NCBI GenBank assembly: GCA_013239625.1
Contig: MU054212.1
Coordinates: 2,542,001-2,606,000 of the forward strand
Length of the DNA stretch: 64,000 nt
From: Lama guanicoe
Lineage: Eukaryota
Reading direction: 5' to 3'
The position numbers and the translations under genes were made by a program. Of this stretch, positions 62,655-64,000 are shown one piece after another (the stretch's first letter is position 1; each line of letters begins with the position of its first letter). The notes under the pieces are model-generated. The model had not been told where the DNA came from. It was given only the letters and a program-made list of their open reading frames with translations, and searched no databases.

Positions 62655-64000
62655 AATCTACACATTTACTGGTATAAGTATCTAAGCATAATAAGAAAAC
62701 GTCCAATGCTATTTAAGAAAATTAACTGCTGTTATCAATGGAATAAATACTTTATGTAAATGTCAGACAAATATATTAATATACACCTATGCAAAAATGA
62801 CACCACTTAAATTTTAAAATTCCATGATGTAATAAATTGAATTATTTATAGCATCTTTAAAGTTCTGCTATTTAGAAAAATAACATTTTGGACAGAAAGT
62901 TCATATTTAAAACAATATAAATTTCACATTTCAGGAAATACTCAGGACCAAAATAAAAATAACAGTGTTAAATTCAACTCAATTACTTAAAATGTATTTT
63001 AAAAATTAAACATTTATTTTCAGCAGCCTTCCTAACGTATAATATTTAACAACCTAGATTTCATTTCTTTTAAATATTGATAGTCGATAAATGTAGCTAA
63101 AGTTTTTACTTAAAAAGAACTTAATACAATGTCTACATGTGAAGGGAAAAAAAACCATTCTGAACAATTCAGGGCAAGAAAAACAGATTTTAAAAAATAT
63201 GTTGTTTTCTAACCAGAATTATCCATACATATCATTACCACTAACAAACATGTACTATGTATGCAGAATTCTACAGGTGAGTGAGTACTCTGCCTGTATG
63301 GGAAGAATTTCTGCAGAAAAAAGCCAGTGTCCTTACACCACCTATGCGTTACACACTGACAAAAAAGAGCAGACAAAATGATTTTTTAAATATATCAAAT
63401 TACATCTTGTTGCTAGCTTATATGAGCTTCTAGTCAAATGGTCCCAACACCTTAGCTGCAAGTTCTTAATTTCCTCAAGTTTGTGCTAAGTAGTTTACCT
63501 TAATTACATCAAGGGAGCTTAATATAAATGAAGATTTTGGCAAATCCTTCCAGACAAGACAAATCATTTTATAATGTGAATAACTACCTCTAATTGAGCC
63601 ATTTTATCTGTTTGGATTATGTTTTCTTCAATGCTATATCACAGAATTTCCAAACATACAGGAAAATTGAAAGAACTGCATTGTCAAAGCCTACTTGTAT
63701 GCTTGGATTAATACTAAGTACAGGAGTACATCTTTTACTGACCACTTTTTCACAAGCCACCTTCCCACTAAAAAATAAAAATACCGTTAAACTAAATAAC
63801 TAAAATTAAAATCTGGTTTCCAAATACCTTTCTGTTCTACTAACTCTATAAACAGCCTTATTATGCATATAATTTAACTTCCAAAATCTATCCCAAATGC
63901 AAATGCTAATGTACAGAAACCACAGTTCTTTGAGATGTATGCAACATTAACTAAGGTGATGAAACTTGGAAAAATACTCAAGAACTATATTCTTTTCTTA

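Overview
Mammalian genomic DNA, AT-rich and repeat-rich. It is most likely camelid, judged from the tRNA-Ala-derived vic-1-like SINEs and the cetartiodactyl-type L1 3' ends. The only host gene I can support is the 3' part of SS18 (SYT, a BAF/SWI-SNF subunit) on the minus strand. Its last four coding exons lie at 61441-61533, 60526-60648, 57939-58072 and 49211-49237, followed by a ~1.75 kb 3'UTR with an AATAAA at 47479-47484. The remaining ~47 kb is downstream intergenic DNA made of L1/L2/MIR/MaLR/ERV1/hAT/Tigger fossils. It includes a decayed gammaretroviral gag-pro-pol remnant next to an orphan CpG island with a perfect YY1 motif. Almost all ORFs in the supplied track are spurious or repeat-derived. 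I found no convincing novel multi-gene system. The best leads are: (1) a tandem duplication of an SS18 splice acceptor that would introduce a premature stop, though it may be an assembly artefact; (2) the ERV-embedded CpG island; (3) a TSD-flanked orphan poly(A) retro-insertion; (4) a ~340 bp palindrome; (5) an ancient RTE-like RT fossil. Repeat family names come from recalled consensus motifs, not from a database search.
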